Of a stretch of 64,000 bases of DNA, positions 1 through 14,030 are shown piece by piece. Under the pieces are notes generated by a model. It searched no databases. It was not told the DNA's origin and saw only the letters and a list, made by a program, of their open reading frames with translations. The translations under genes and the position numbers were made by a program. Origin of the DNA: Mustelus asterias (lineage: Eukaryota); NCBI RefSeq assembly GCF_964213995.1, contig NW_027590192.1:434001-498000 (forward strand). The letters run 5' to 3'. Position 1 is the stretch's first letter, and every line of letters begins with the position of its first letter.

Positions 1-1394
1 TAAAACCTGGAAAGGGGCAATCCTGGGATTTTGTGCTGTGTAATTTTCATTCTGGGTGTCCCGGGGGGTTTGATTTCACTGTCTCAGCCCCTCTCTGCCT
101 CTCTCTTTCTCTCTGTATAAACTTTTTCCAAATTACAAAACACTCAACACAGCTGACTGCACCTTGTGGGATCTTGCTGGGGATTTTGTTTTTAAAAGGG
201 TGTTTTCTCAGAGGCAGTTTAAACCTTTCAGGGGACTGTGGGGAAGTCTCCAGACTTGGGACAACACACACACAGGGTTGGGGGCTGGGGGTGGCGGGCG
301 GGGAGGTGGGCAGTCAGGTATACTGGTATTCTGGGAGACTGATATTCCCAACAAGGGCCAGAGGTCTCAGTGCTGAAACATATTAAACTGTTCAAACAGA
401 GGCAGGCAGAAAGCCATGAGGCTTCAGAGCTCCCTGTAGATGCAAAGGTAACTCCCATTGCCAAAAAGTAGCCACATGTGAAGTGGAAACACCTTCCCTC
501 AGCTTGTTACACACTGACCTTTCCACAACCCCAACATGTTTACAAACACTCGCTGCAGTTTCTGCAAACTTTGTATCAAACTGCCTCCCATTCTGCTCAA
601 TACTGACCCCCTCTCAACCTGGCACTGAACTAGTGTCTGAATTGAGACAGAGACACACAGACAGAGTTTTTAAAGTTGAAAGTTTTGAAGTTTATATATT
701 AGTGTCACAAGTAAGGCTTACATTAACACTGCAATGAAGTTAGTGAGAAAGACAGAGATAGAGGGAGCATCCAGAGTGGGTTCAGTAACACATTTATTTA
801 TCAGATATCTCTCTCTGTGACTCTTTAGCGATGAGATATTCAGCCAGGATGGTTTCACTGACCCTCTTCAGCAGGCAGATATTCCCAAATCCAGCCTAGG
901 TCTCAGACACACACACACACCACTCACACACCTCTGCTCTGTCCAAGGGAATATTTTAATCCAGGAATTTCTATTTTATATTTACAGGGTGAGGGGGGGA
1001 GAAACTCAACTCAAAAATCCTGCAGTGTCTCCAAGCTGCTTTTAAATTTCAATTCAAACCCTGGGCCACGTGGGAAGCTGCAGAGATTGGGAAACTTACC
1101 AAACCCAGTTTGTGTGTGTGAGTGTCTGCAGCTTTTGTGTCTTTGAACTTGCGAGGGTGCCAGGGAGAGAATGTCACTGTCTTCACCTCTCTCTCTCTGC
1201 CTCTCTGTATTAAAAAAATCACCAAATTAAACCACACTCAATAATGCGACCATACACAATTAATTATCAAATATCTGTCTCTCTCGCTTTATCTCTGTCT
1301 CTCCCCGTCTCTCTCTCTCCCTGTTCTCTCTCTCCCTGTCTCTTCTCGAGCAGAAACAGATGGAGACAGAGAGGCAGGGAGAGAGAAGAAGGAG

Positions 1395-1511
1395 CTTAAG
1401 GCTCGGAAATCTTGTGGCTTTTGCTACCAAATAAACCTGTTGGACTTTAACCTGGTGTCGTTAAACTTCTTACTGTGTTTACCCCAGTCCAACGCCGGCA
1501 TCTCCACATCA
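1395..1511 (+). mobile_element. Penelope-like element 3' terminal fragment
   Basis: gctaccaaataaacctgttggactttaacctggtg...ccagtccaacgccggcatctccacatca, the same terminus that follows the GIY-YIG ORF at 24634-25042. Confidence 0.7.
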
Positions 1512-1514
1512 CGA

Positions 1515-1680
1515 CAATCAACCTAACCCACACATCTTTGAAAAGGAAAGCGGATCACCAGGAGGAAACCCACGCAGACAGGGGGAGAACGTGAAAACTC
1601 CGCATATACAGTAACCCGAGAAATTGAACCTTAGTCACTGGCGCTGTGAGGCATCAGTTCTAACAACTGTCCCAACGTGT
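1515..1680 (-). mobile_element. HE1-like tRNA-derived SINE, partial
   Basis: Reverse complement matches the SINE body at 47154-47500. Confidence 0.7.
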
Positions 1681-2152
1681 CCTCCTTTCTACTACATTCA
1701 ATTTTACTGCAGCTCGCTGCGTTCAAAGGGCAGTGTTAGTATCAACCTGTGATTAAATCACGTTGTGGTAATTCTGCTGAACAACATGAATTTATCACCG
1801 TTAATGGACCGTGGGTTCCAGCCCCATGTTGAGCGCGATTGTTTTTAAACTTTGCTGCATTTCTGGCTGAACTCCAGCTCGCCATTCCACCAGCAGTCTC
1901 ACCATTGAAACTGAGTCCTTCTCCATCCCGCGCTGTTAATCTCACCGTTACTGGTTTCTGAGTGAAAACTGCCTCCATTTCACTGGAACAAAGATTTTGC
2001 AGCTGGCAACATGTTTGGGATTTTAAATCAGCAAAGACTTGATGTTTCCGATAAAATCAGGCCTTGGAAGTTGGCTAAAAAAAAGTTTAAGTTATAATGA
2101 AGGGGAATGAAGGATCTTGTGTCTTATTTTAATCAAGGAGTTGTGAGCTTAG

Positions 2153-3075
2153 ACCATAAGACACAGGAGCAGAAATAGGCCACCAGACCCATCGAGTCTT
2201 CTCCACTATTCAATCATGGCTGATATTTTTCTCATCCCCATTCTCCTGCCTTTTCCCCATAACCCCTGATCCCCTTATTAATCAAGAACCTATCTATCTC
2301 TGTCTTACAGACACTCAATGAACTGACCTTCACAGCCTTCTGCGGCAAAGAGTTCCAAAGATTCACCACTCTCTGGCTGAAGAAACTCCTCCTCATCTCT
2401 GTTTTAAAGGATCATCCCTTTAGCCTGAGGTTGTGCCCTCTAGTTCTAGTTTTTTCCTACTAAGTTTCAATAAGATCTCCCCTCATCCTTCTAAACTCCA
2501 ATGAGTGCAGGCCCGGAGTCCTCAACCATTCTTCATATGACAACAAGCTCTTCATTCCAGAGATCATTCTTGTGAAGCTCCTCCAGATCCTTTCCAAGAC
2601 CAGCATACCCTTCCTTAGATGTGAGGCTCAAAACTGCTCACAATACTCCAAATGGGGTCTGACCAGAGCCTTATACAGCCTCAGAAGTACATTGCTGCTC
2701 TTGTATTCTAACCCTCTTGACATGAATGCTAACATTGCATCTGCCTTCCAAACTGCCAACTAAACCTGCACGTTAACTTTAAGAGAATCTTGAACAATGA
2801 CTCCCAAGTCCCTTTGTGCTTCTGATTTCCGAAGCATTTCCCTATTTAGAAAATAGTCTATACCTCCATTCCTCCTACCCAAGTGCATAATCTCACACTT
2901 TTCCACATTGTATTCCAGCTGCCACTTTGCCCACTCTCCTAGCCCATCAAAGTCCTTCTGCAGCCCCCCTGCTCCCTCAATACTACCTGTCCCTCTACAT
3001 ATCTTTGTATCATCTGCAAACTTAGCAACAGTGCCTTCAGTTCCATCTTCCAAATCATTAACGTATATTGTGAAA
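2153..3075 (-). mobile_element. CR1-type LINE, 5'-truncated and internally deleted
   Basis: ORF 2760-3053 KFADDTK...WQLEYNVEKC RT motif; 3' tail (tcttatggtc). Confidence 0.9.
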
Positions 3076-3559
3076 CGTTTGTGGTGCTCTGTCGCTTTAC
3101 GAAGCTATAGCTGCGAGAGAGAATGCTGAGGATTCATTGTTTGAAATTTACGAGCTGTGAGAACCTGTGTGTTTTGTTTGTTTTATGTGGATATTTGTAG
3201 ATGTGTTTTATCATTGTTTTGGGCTACATTTGTTAAGGTTTATCTTTCTGGTGAATTAACTTTATCTTGAGTCTTTAATTAAAGGCATTTTTGGAAGTTT
3301 AGAAACAGAACCACAAGAACGCTTAAGGAATTAATTTCAGTTATTGTTGTAAAGCACATGCTAAGTTTCTCTGTTTGTGTATGGATGATATTTGTGGGTT
3401 GAACGCTTCAAGCTTTCAGGTTTTCTGTCTGTGATCTAAACTTGTGGGAATTTTAATCCGGATTCAAACTCACACATGTGAGTATGAGAGAATTTTAATT
3501 GTAATGGTTATTTAAAATTTGGGACATGTGAAATAATTCTGACCATTCCTGTGTTCATT

Positions 3560-3910
3560 GAATCATAGAATCCCTCCAGTACAGAAGGGACCATTTGGAC
3601 CATCGAGTCTGCACCATCTCTCTAACAGAGCACCTTACCCAGGCCCTCTCCCCTGCCCTGTCCCTGTAATCTCACACATTTACCATGGCTAACCTATCTA
3701 ACCCACACAGCTTGGGATACTAAGAAGGAATTCAACATTGCAAATCCACCGAACCTGGGCATTTTTGGTCTGTGGGTGGAAACTGGAGCACCCGGAGGAA
3801 GCCCACGCAGACACAGGGAGAACATGCAAACTCCACACAGACACTCACCCAAGGCTGGAATTAAATGCCTGGCGCTGTGAGGTAGCAATGCTAACCACTG
3901 TGCCACCATG
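3560..3910 (-). mobile_element. HE1-like SINE
   Basis: ggtggcacagtggttagc head on minus strand, ctatgattc tail. Confidence 0.85.
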
Positions 3911-3914
3911 TCAC

Positions 3915-4120
3915 CCTATAGTTGAGGCCAAAACATTGTCTGATTTCAAGGAGATATGAGATATAGCTCTTGGGGCTAAAGGGATATGGGAGGCGGGGGT
4001 GGCGGGGAGGGGGGAGGGAAATTAGGAAATTGAATTCGATGATCAGCCATGATGAAGATGAATGGTGGAGCAGGCTCAAAGGGCCGAATGGCCTACTCCT
4101 GCTTCTAGTTTCTATGTTTC
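3915..4120 (+). mobile_element. CR1 3' end fragment
   Basis: gatcagccatgat...gggccgaatggcctactcctgct...tctatgtttc 3' UTR and tail. Confidence 0.8.
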
Positions 4121-4175
4121 TCCCCACTGGGCCAGCATTCCACCCAGTGGCACAGTGGTTCGCACTGCTGCCTCA

Positions 4176-4820
4176 AAAAAGCAAATACAACAATGGCTTT
4201 GTCATCTGTGACAATGTGACTGACAGATTGACAACGGAATCAAGGGCATCAGGAGCAAAAGATACCCTGGGAGGTGGAGAAGAATGTGACGGAGATTACG
4301 AGCGGGTCCTTGATAGGTTTTCTAAAGAGATTCAGAAAGGAAATAGCGAGTTGGAAAAAGTCCAGAATAAATTAATTTCCAGTTACATTGGAAACCTGTT
4401 GCCTCACAGCTGAGTACAAAATATAAAGAGTTGAGGGAACTGGTGGATAAGCTGCAGAATGGAGCTGATTGCTGGCAGGAGAGCACGTCTGACCTGGACA
4501 ATCAGTTACATTGGGAACAGGGGGCAGATGATAGGGTGAGTGGAGCTCAGAAAAATCTACTGCTGTTCGACCAAACTCTGGAACAAGATATTGATTTACA
4601 GTCAGAAAATATCAGATCAAGTGAAGAGTTAGAAAATGCCGTGGGGACTTTGAGAAAGGTAATTCAGCCACAAAGTGACACCTCCCCTGAAGCAGACCAC
4701 TCCCAATGTTTAGCTAACATCAAACAACCTGAGACACAAATCAGTCACCAGTGAGCAGATGTAGTTGTTTTCTCCAAACAAAGAATCACTGAAAGCACTC
4801 CTCCCTCTCCTCTGCCTCTC
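4176..4820 (+). pseudogene. Decayed coiled-coil coding relic, possibly the gag-like N-terminus of an LTR retroelement
   Basis: ORFs 3970-4413 (3' part) and 4431-4754 are E/K/Q/L-rich and helical-looking, followed by a Pro-rich stretch; no diagnostic motif seen. Confidence 0.3.
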
Positions 4821-6467
4821 CTGTGTGATAAGGGAATGCAGGTGTGTGAGGTTAGCCATGACCTCTGCACCGTCATGATCCACAACGCTTACTCAAAGTT
4901 GGTTTGCTCACTTGAAGGAATACCATACATTTGAGTCATAATTGTTGAAGCAGGGTGTTGTTTGAAAGCATCACAGATTCGAAGAATTAGTTTGGAAAGG
5001 GAATAAAAATTAATTTAATTTGAACAGCCGTGAGTTTCTGTTTGAAATAAATTCAGACTGTACTAAAATGTGAAAGGAATGTATTTGGGTTTGAAATTAA
5101 GTTGTTCAAGGTTAGAATTGTGAAGGCCAATTTGCTCCCAAAACACAAAGATAAGGCTGCAGTTTGGCAGCAAACCAGTTCCAACTTTCCAAAACATTTG
5201 AGTTAAAATTGTTGAGATTCGGTTAACAACATATTTCACAAAGTATTTCTTTCAACTTTGATTAAGTGGAAAATATTGAAAATTGAAATTGGTGTTCAAA
5301 AAAGGATAGATAAAAGAGATGAAATTTGAACAAAATTGAAGAAAATAACATGAGAGAAGTTTTTTAAATTATATAAATTGACACAATTGCCAAGTTTCCT
5401 CTGCCCACTCCCCGCCTCTCTCGGTTCCACAGAGAAGTTAACCCTTTCAGCAGACAGCTGATTTTTATAAATCTCCACACAGCCTTTGTTTTTTAATGTA
5501 ACCTGTGATTGGACATATTTACTCACTGGGATCTTGGCCAGAGCCAGATGGATTGTTTGTGTTTTTTAAACAGGTGATGATGGTTTCCAGCTCTGAGTGA
5601 AGTCAACAGTTTTGAGAATTAAAGCAGAGAATAAAAGACTTTACTTTTCAGAAAGCCAACAAGCCTGCTTTTGAGATTGGAATTGATAAATATCTGACAT
5701 GAGTTGCTATTTCAAGCATTTAAAATGGAAATTACCTGGTGTTTAAGGGAAAGAACAAAGTTGATAATGCCTGGAATCAAACAGAAATGTTTGGTTTCTG
5801 TTAAAAGATATTATGAGAATATTTAATGATTTATTTAACTCTAAAGATTCTCGAGAACTCCTGAAAGTGTAGTTTAAAGGAATCCATACATTTGGGTGTT
5901 TATGAAGATTTGAGTGAAAGGGAAGTCTCGATGAGATGAATGAGGTGACAGTTTTCTCTTGGAGATACTTGTTTCTTTGTCTATGAATTATTTGAGAGAA
6001 CTGAATTTGATAATCTGGCCTCCATCTGAGACATTGGGACTGTACAGGAGGAAACAAGCAAAGACATACACCTGACTTTGGATTTTCTTCTGAAGATTCT
6101 GACAGAATTATTGAATGGTGCATCCTTTGTAAGACAGTGGCATCCAGGATGATGAAACTATTTGGTAAAATGCACAGCACAATCCCAAAAGACCTGATGG
6201 ACCTTCCACAAATGCAAAACAATGATTTGTGGGAGAGGGCAGAGAGATGCCAACAAGCAGGACAAAAGAACACACTCTGGTTTAAAAGAAAATGAGTGAC
6301 AACATTTAACAGGGAGGGAAATGAGTGAAGATGGCTTATGAAGGTGAGATTCCAACAGAGAATTAAAGAAGGAATTGGAACACCGATGTGAGATTGCAGA
6401 AGTGGTTTGTAAATTGGGAATTAACTAACATCCGAGAGTACACGGTGCAGCTGCACTGAAAAATGAA

Positions 6468-6784
6468 GGGCAGTCCAGTGTCACAGTGGTTAGCACTACT
6501 CCCTTACAGCGCCAAGGACCCGGATTCAATTCCAGCCTCGGATGACTGCCTGGATAGAGTTTGCACATTCTCCTTGTGTCTGTGTGGGTTTCCGTTAGGT
6601 GCTCCGGTTTCTTGCCTTCATCCAAAGATGTGCGGGTTAGGTTGATTGGCCATAGTAAATTGTGCCTTATTGCCAGCTGGACTAGCAGAGTAAATAAGTG
6701 GGGTTATGGGGATATGGCCTGGATGGGATTGTGGTCTGTGCAGACTCGATGGGCCACCTTCTGCGTTGTCATGATTCTATGATT
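6468..6784 (+). mobile_element. HE1-like SINE
   Basis: tRNA-like A/B boxes (cagtggttagc; ggattcaattcc), conserved body, atgattctatga tail. Confidence 0.85.
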
Positions 6785-7214
6785 AAATGGGACTTTCTCA
6801 GCTACTTGACTAAATGACATGAAATGGTTAATATGGTCTGAAGAGTAAGAAATCACTTTGAAATGATAAAGGCACTGACACATACTCCATACTGAAACTG
6901 ACTGTAAGAACAAATTAAATGGAATTTTTGATTAGGTCAAATGAAGGGGAGGGAGAAATAATACATAATCAGAATTAATTACAAGATGGATACAGGTGAA
7001 GGGACAGCTTGAGAATTTTTTTAAGTCTATGCAATTTGTATAGGAATTATGTGTTATGACTGCTTTTATATCCAATTATACCGCTTCAATTATATCTAAA
7101 AATTAGTTATGAGAAGAAGATTGTAAAGGGAAAGGAAGTTGGCTACCTTGGACAAGGCCAATGAACAAAAGGGGGGAAATGTCAGAGTGAATTAGGGTAA
7201 CAGAGTGAGTGGAG

Positions 7215-8157
7215 GGTAACAAAGTTTGCAGACGACACAAAGATAAGTGGAAAAGTGAATCGTGTGGAGGGCGTAGAAGGTCTGCAGAGAGATTTGGACA
7301 GGCTGAGTGAGTGGGCGAGGATCTGGCAGATGGAGTATAACGTTAACAAATGCGAGCTTATTCACTTTGGAAGAAATAATAGCAAATTGGATTATTATCT
7401 AAATGGAAAGAAATTACAACATGCTGCTGTGCAGAGGGACCTGGGGGTCCTTGTGAATGAGACGCAAAAACCCAATCTGCAGGTGCAACAGGTGATCAAG
7501 AAGGCAAATGGGATGTTGGCCTATATCGCAAGGGGGATAGAATATAAAAACAGAGATGTCTTGCTGCATCTGTACAGGGCATTGGTGAGGCCGCAGCTGG
7601 AATACTGTGTGCAGTATTGGTCCCCTTATTTGCGGAAGGATATTTTGGCCTTGGAGGGAGTGCAGAGAAGGTTCACCAGGTTGATACCGGAGATGAGGGG
7701 TGTTGATTATCAGGAGAGACCGAGCAGATTGGGTTTGTACTCGTTGGAATTTAGAAGGCTGAGGGGGGATCTTATAGAGACCTATAAGATAATGAAGGGG
7801 CTGGATAGGGTAGAGGTGGAGAGATTCTTTCCACTTAGAAAGGAAACTGGAACTAGAGGGCACAGCCTCAAAATAAAGGGGGGTCGGTTTAGGACAGAGT
7901 TGAGGAGGAACTTCTTCTCTCAGAGGGTGGTGAATCTCTGGAATTCTCTGCCCATTGAAGTGGTGGAGGCTACCTTGTTGAATATGTTTAAATCACGGAT
8001 AGATGGATTCCTGATCGGTAAGGGAATTAGGGGTTATGGGGATCAGGCGGGTAAGTGGAACTGATCCACTTCAGATCAGCCATGATCTTATTGAATGGCG
8101 GGGCAGGCTCGAGGGGCTAGATGGCCTACTCCTCCTCCTATTTCTTATGTTCTTATG
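7215..8157 (+). mobile_element. CR1-type LINE, 5'-truncated; open ORF2 C-terminus 7255-8064
   Basis: FADDTK upstream, RDLGV, LYRALVRPQLEYCVQYWSP, FFSQRVVNLWNSLP; tcttatgttcttatg tail. Confidence 0.95.
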
Positions 8158-8585
8158 ATTTAGTAAAAGGGGTGATAGATGTAACACCCCTGCATTAGAG
8201 TAAAATCACATGTTTGTCAAATGTTCTACATCAAGGTTCTAATATCAGCAAGGTTGTTTACTTGTTTGAGGAACAAACAGTTTCTAGATTACAGACAAAC
8301 CTTGGGTGAAGTTTTAATAATAAACCTATATAGGCAAGATAGGAATTTTAGACCAATGTTTTGTATTCTGACTAACAGTACAACATTGATATCTGTATTG
8401 CAGCTGAGAGCTGTGTTAGAATGAGTGAACTTGGGCTTTGCAGGTTGGACTCTGGTTGTGGAGGTACTGAATGCCCCTGGGGCAGGATTTTGGGAAATCG
8501 CCTTTGGATCAGGAACCTGAGGAAAATTCATATTTCTACAGGGGTGGCCACCCATTTGAAGTGATAAAAGTCGCTTGTGTACTTC

Positions 8586-9330
8586 ATAGAAACATAGAAA
8601 AACTACAGCACAAACAGGCCCTTCGGCCCACAAGTTGTGCCGAACACATCCCTACCTTCTGGACCTACCTATAACCCTCCATCTATTAAGCTCCATGTAC
8701 TCATCCAGGAGTCTCTTAAAAGACTCTATTGAGTTCGCCTCCACCACCACTGACGGCAGCCGATTCCACTCGCCCACCACCCTCTGTGTGAAAAACTTAC
8801 CCCTAACATCTCCCCTGTACCTACCCCCCAGCACCTTAAACCTGTGTCCTCTCGTAGCAGACATTTCCACCCTGGGAAAAAACCTCTGAGAGTCCACCCG
8901 ATCTATGCCTCTCAACATCTTATACACCTCTATTAGGTCTCCTCTCATCCTTCGTCTCTCCAAGGAGAAAAGACCGAGCTCCCTCAGCCTATCCTCATAA
9001 GGCATGCCACTCAATCCAGGCAACATCCTTGTAAATCTCCTCTGCACCCTTTCAATCTTTTCCACATCCTTCCTATAGTGAGGCGACCAGAACTGAGCAC
9101 AGTACTCCAATTGGGGTCTGACGAGGGTCTTATATAGCTGCATCATTATCCCCGGACTCCTAAACTCAATCCCTTGATTGATAAAGGCGAGCACACCATA
9201 CATCTTCTTAACCACCTCCTCCACCTGCGGGGCCGATTTTAGAATCCTCTGGACCCGGACCCCAAGGTCCTTCTGATCCTCTACCGTGCGAAGAGTCTTT
9301 CCCTTTATTTTGTACTCCTTCATCATTGTA
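8586..9330 (-). mobile_element. CR1-type LINE, 5'-truncated
   Basis: ORF 8652-9326 with DLGV, LVRPQLEYCAQFWSP; ttctatgtttctatg tail. Confidence 0.95.
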
Positions 9331-10119
9331 CCTTTTTAAAAAATACATTTCAACTCATTTGCTATTTCAGAGGCTTTTCTTGATGGTTAAGTCCCTTTCA
9401 AATTAAAGCATTTAGAGCGTCAATATGGAACTGAGTTACCATGCTGTTGTAACCAAATCAAATTAAGTTTAAATATTAATAGTATATCCCTTTAAAACTG
9501 ACAGAAGAGCTCTATTAAAGTTCAAAAAAGATTCACAAGGATGTTAGCAGAGCTGTGTGTGTTTAAGTCACAGGATTGATTGAACAGGCTGGGGATAATT
9601 TCTCCAGGAAAGAGAAGGCTGAAGACTGACCTGATAGGGACTTTAATGGGTGTGATAGGGTTGATATCATCAAGTCATCACTGTGATTACAGGATAGAAA
9701 TCCGGAACTGATAAATCTAGTTCTCACAGAAAATCCTTCTTCATCTCAAATTATAAATCTCTGTCCCCACACACTCCCTCCTTCCTAAAGTAACATTTAT
9801 TTATTAGTCAAAAGCAAGGTTTACATTGAACTGCAATGAAGTTACTGTGAAATTCCCCGAGTCGCCACATTCCAGCGCCTGTTGGGGTCAATGCACCCTA
9901 ACCAGCATGTCTTTCAGACTGTGGGAGGAAAGCGGAGCCCCGGGGGAAATCCACACAGACCTATTGATTGTAACATTAAGTCATCCTACTATGCTACTCT
10001 TGCCTTTTCTCCAATTTTCCTCCCCTGAAGGTGCTGACTCTCGACTTCAGTCTCATACTCACCGATTGCCCTCCCCAATATGTCACCCAGTTCTCTAAAT
10101 CATTCCACCTAAAGTTAAC

Positions 10120-10400
10120 AACCTGTTTTGCGATAAGGTGACGTTCCAATCCAATCCAGTGATACCCCATGTGTACTTTGTAAAAGGGCGGGGTCACTGC
10201 GCCCCATTTTCCATTCCAGTCCCAGGGTTTTGGAGACTGCGGTCCGGATGCGTAATGGCGGCTGCACCTCCCACACTCCATCGCGCTGCAGAAAACGCTC
10301 TACCCGTTGCGCCGAGGGCGGCCCGGGACTGCGCATGTCCAAGGGAGAGGCAACATCTTTGTTGATTTAAAATCCCAAACACGTTACACCCAAACACCGG
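10120..10400. promoter_or_regulatory. CpG-rich promoter-like island with no adjacent intact gene
   Basis: Local CpG excess, GC box gggcgggg, actgcgcatgtccaagggagagg similar to the reverse complement of 60223-60246. Confidence 0.4.
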
Positions 10401-10512
10401 CAAAATCTTTGTTCTTTATCTGGGGATAAAATTCTCAGTTATTCCAAATTCCTCCAGGCTATGCTTAATATTTCCGCATTTAACTTATTCCCAGAAATCC
10501 TCAATTATAAAC

Positions 10513-12394
10513 TAAAATAGACACATGAGTTTCCGGGCAGTCACAGGAATATGGTCAAGATAGTCCAGTCCCACAATGCCTCACATTCAATCTGCAGTCC
10601 TTCAATTATAACACAATATGTGGCTGTATGTAGCTGCCTTGGCCATGGTCAACCCCAAGGGTGCCTTCTTGAACTGCTGCAATGCCTGAGGTGTACGTAC
10701 ACCCACAGTGCTGTTGGAAGGGACTTCCAGTTCCTGAGAGAGACAAGAGATGAAATTGCTGGGCCTCTAACAGAAATCTTTGTTTCTTCATTGGACACAG
10801 GTGAGGTCCCAGAGGATTGGAGAATAGCAAATGTGGTCCCGTTATTTAAGAAGGGTAGCAAGGATAACCCGGGTAATCATAGGCCAGTGAGCTTGACGTC
10901 CGTGGTAGGGAAATTGTTGGAGAAGATTCTTAGAGATAGGATCTGTACACATTTAGAACTGAATAATCTCATTAGCAATAGACAACATGGTTTTGTGCGA
11001 GGGAGGTCATGCCTCACAAATTTGGTTGAGTTTTTTGAGGCGGTGACAAAAATGACTGACGAGGGAAGGGCCGTGGATGTTGTCTACATGGATTTTAGTA
11101 AAGCATTTGACAAGGTCCCTCATGGCAGGCTGGTGCAAAAGGTTAAATCTCACGGGATCAAAGGTGAGCTCGCTAGATGGGTACAGAACTGGTTTGGCCA
11201 TAGAAGACAGAGGGTAGCAGCGGAGGGGTCTTTTTCTGATTGGAGGTCTGTGACTAGTGGTGTTCCGCAGGGCTCTGTATTGGGACCTCTGCTGTTTGTG
11301 ATATATATAAATGATTTGGAAGAAGATGTAGCAAGTCTGATTAGTAAGTTTGCGGACGACACAATGATTGCTGGAGTTGTGGATTGTGATGAACATTGTC
11401 AGAGAATACAGCAGGACATAGATAGGCTGGAAAATTGGGCGGAGAAATGGCAGATGGGACTTAATCCAGATAAATGCGAAGTGATGCATTTTGGTAGATC
11501 TAATGCAGGGGGGAGCTATACAATAAATGGCAGAACCATCAGGAGTATAGACACGCAGAAGGATCTGGATGTGCAAGTCCACAGAACCTTAAAGGTGGCA
11601 ACACAGGTGGAAAGGGTAGTGAAGAAGGCATATGGCATGCTTGCTTTTATTGGACGGGGCATAGAGTATAAAAGTTGGGGTCTGATGGTGCAGATGTATA
11701 GAACGTTGGTTCGGCCACATTTGGAATACTGCGTCCAGTTCTGGTCGCCACACTACCAGAAGGACATGGAGGCTTTGGAGAGAGTGCAGAAAAGGTTTAC
11801 CAGGATGTTGCCTGGTATGGAGGGTATTAGCTATGAGGAGAGATTGAGTAAACTAGGGTTGTTCTCCCTGGAAAAACAGAGGTGGAGGGGCGGCCTAATA
11901 GAAGTTTATAAAATTATGAAGGGCATAGATAGGGTGAACAGTTGGAAGCTTTTTCCCAGGTCAGAAACGACAAACACAAGGGGTCACAAGTTCAAGGTAA
12001 GGGGGGGCAAGGTTCAATACAGATATGCAGGGGACGTATTTTAATGATAACCATATGAACAGACTGGGAATAGAGGGATACAAACGGATGGTCTCGTTAG
12101 GAACACATGATCGGTGCAGGCTTGGAGGGCCGAAGGGCCTGTTCCTGTGCTGTACTGTTCTTTGTTCTTTAAAATAGACACATGAGTTTCCGGGCAGTCA
12201 CAGGAATATGGTCAAGATAGTCCAGTCCCACAATGCCTCACATTCAATCTGCAGTCCTTCAATTATAACAGAATATGTGGCTGTATGTAGCTGCCTTGGC
12301 CATGGTCAACCCCAACCCCAAGGGTGCCTTCTTGAACTGCTGCAATGCCTGAGGTGTACGTACACCCACAGTGCTGTTAGGAAGGGACTTCCAG
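10513..12394 (+). repeat. ~220-bp direct repeat (10513-10730 and 12170-12394) flanking a CR1
   Basis: Near-identical copies; ORFs 10551 and 12208 begin with the same peptide MVKIVQSHNASHSICSPS. Confidence 0.9.
10731..12169 (+). mobile_element. CR1-type LINE with open RT domain (ORF 10551-12044)
   Basis: [35 protein letters not shown] motifs; tctttgttcttt tail. Confidence 0.95.
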
Positions 12395-12962
12395 CTACAC
12401 ATTCCAGACTTTCCCTAGACTGTAGATGGATACCAGATTGATATATTCCATTCAACCACACCCAAGGTGAGTTATTCAAATTCCTTTATTGTCCAGGACA
12501 ATATATTCACAATATCTTTAAAACAGAAATTAAACATTCCCATTTGATTTCAGGTATTAACATATTCTGTTAGATTGTTCTTTATTGTCAATGTCAGGCT
12601 GGCGTTGTTTTCCTTGGAGCAAAGGAGGTTGAGGGGAGATTTGATAGAGGTGGACAAGGTTCTGACAGGTTTAGATAAGGTGGACAAAGAAAAGCTGTTC
12701 CCATTAGCTGATGGGACAAGGACGAGGGGGGACACAGATTTCTTGTTTTGGGTCAGAGATGCAAGGGAGGGGGAGTGGGAGGGAGGGGGAGTGGGGGACG
12801 GGGGGGGGGGGGGGGGGGGGGCGGTGGAGATGTGAGGAAGAATATTCTGATGCAGTGAATGGTGATGACCTGGAACTCGCTGCCTACGAGGGTGGAGGAA
12901 GTAGCGACAATAAACAATTAAAAAGGAAATTGGATGGACATTTGGGATGTTCCAAACAGAAT

Positions 12963-14030
12963 GAAGAACAAAGAAAATTACAGCACAGGAACAAGCCCTT
13001 TGGCCCTCCAAGCCTGTAGCAACCATGCTGCCCGTCTGAACTAAAACCTCCTACCTTTCCGGGGACCATATCCCTCTGTTCCTATGCTATTCATATATTT
13101 GTCAAGACACATCTTAAAAGTCACTGCCGTATCTGCTTCCACTACCTTCCCCGGCAACGGGTTCCAGGCACCCACCACGCTCTGTGTAAAAAACCTGCCT
13201 TGTACATCTCCTTTAAACCTTGCCCCTCGCACCTTAAACCTATGCCTCTAGTAATTGACTCTTCCACCCTGGGAAAAAGCGTCTGATTATCCACTCTGTC
13301 CATGTCCCTCATAATCTTGTAGACTTCTATCAGGTCGCCCCCCTCAACCTCCGTCGTTCCAGTGAGAACAAACCAAGTTTCTCCAACCTCTCCTCATAGC
13401 TAATGCCCTCGATACCAGGCAACATCCTGGTAAATATTTTCCGTACCCTCTCCAAAGCCCCCACTTCCTTCTGGTAGTGTGGTGACCAGAAATGAACACT
13501 GGATTCCAAGTGCGGTCTAACTCAGGTTCTATAAAGCTGCAACATGACTTACCAATTTTTAAACTCAATGCCCCGGCCGAAGAAGGCAAGCATGCCGTAT
13601 GCCTTCTTGATTATCTTCTCCACCTCATTGCCACTTTCAATAACCTGTGCACCTGTACACCCAGATCCCTCTGCCTATGAATGCTCTGAAGGGTTCTCCA
13701 TTTACTGTATATTTCCCATCTGTATTAGACCTTCCAAAATGCATTACCTCACATTTGTCCGGATTAAACTTCATCTGCCATCTCTCTGCCCAAGTCTCCA
13801 ACTGATCTATATCCTGCTGTATCCTCTGCCAGTCCCCATCGCTATCCGCAATTCCACCAACCTTTGTGTCGTCCACAAACTTACCAATCAAACCAGTTAC
13901 ATTTTCCTCCAAATCATTTATATATATTACAAACAGCAAAAGTCCCAGCACTGATCTCTAAGGAATGTCACTTGTCACAGCCCTCCATTCAGAAATGTAC
14001 CTTTGCACTGCCAACCTCTGTTTTCTTCTG
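12963..14030 (-). mobile_element. CR1-type LINE, 5'-truncated, decayed
   Basis: ORFs 13637-13951 (FVDDTK) and 13041-13232 (FFTQSVVGAWN). Confidence 0.9.

Noticed and set aside
1-1390. Possible LTR-element or gene 5' region with CT/CA microsatellites
   Set aside because: No recognisable protein motif or termini within the window.
12765-12825. G-rich run with G-quadruplex potential
   Set aside because: Homopolymer expansion in a CR1 stub (shorter at 44980 and 57325); length unreliable.
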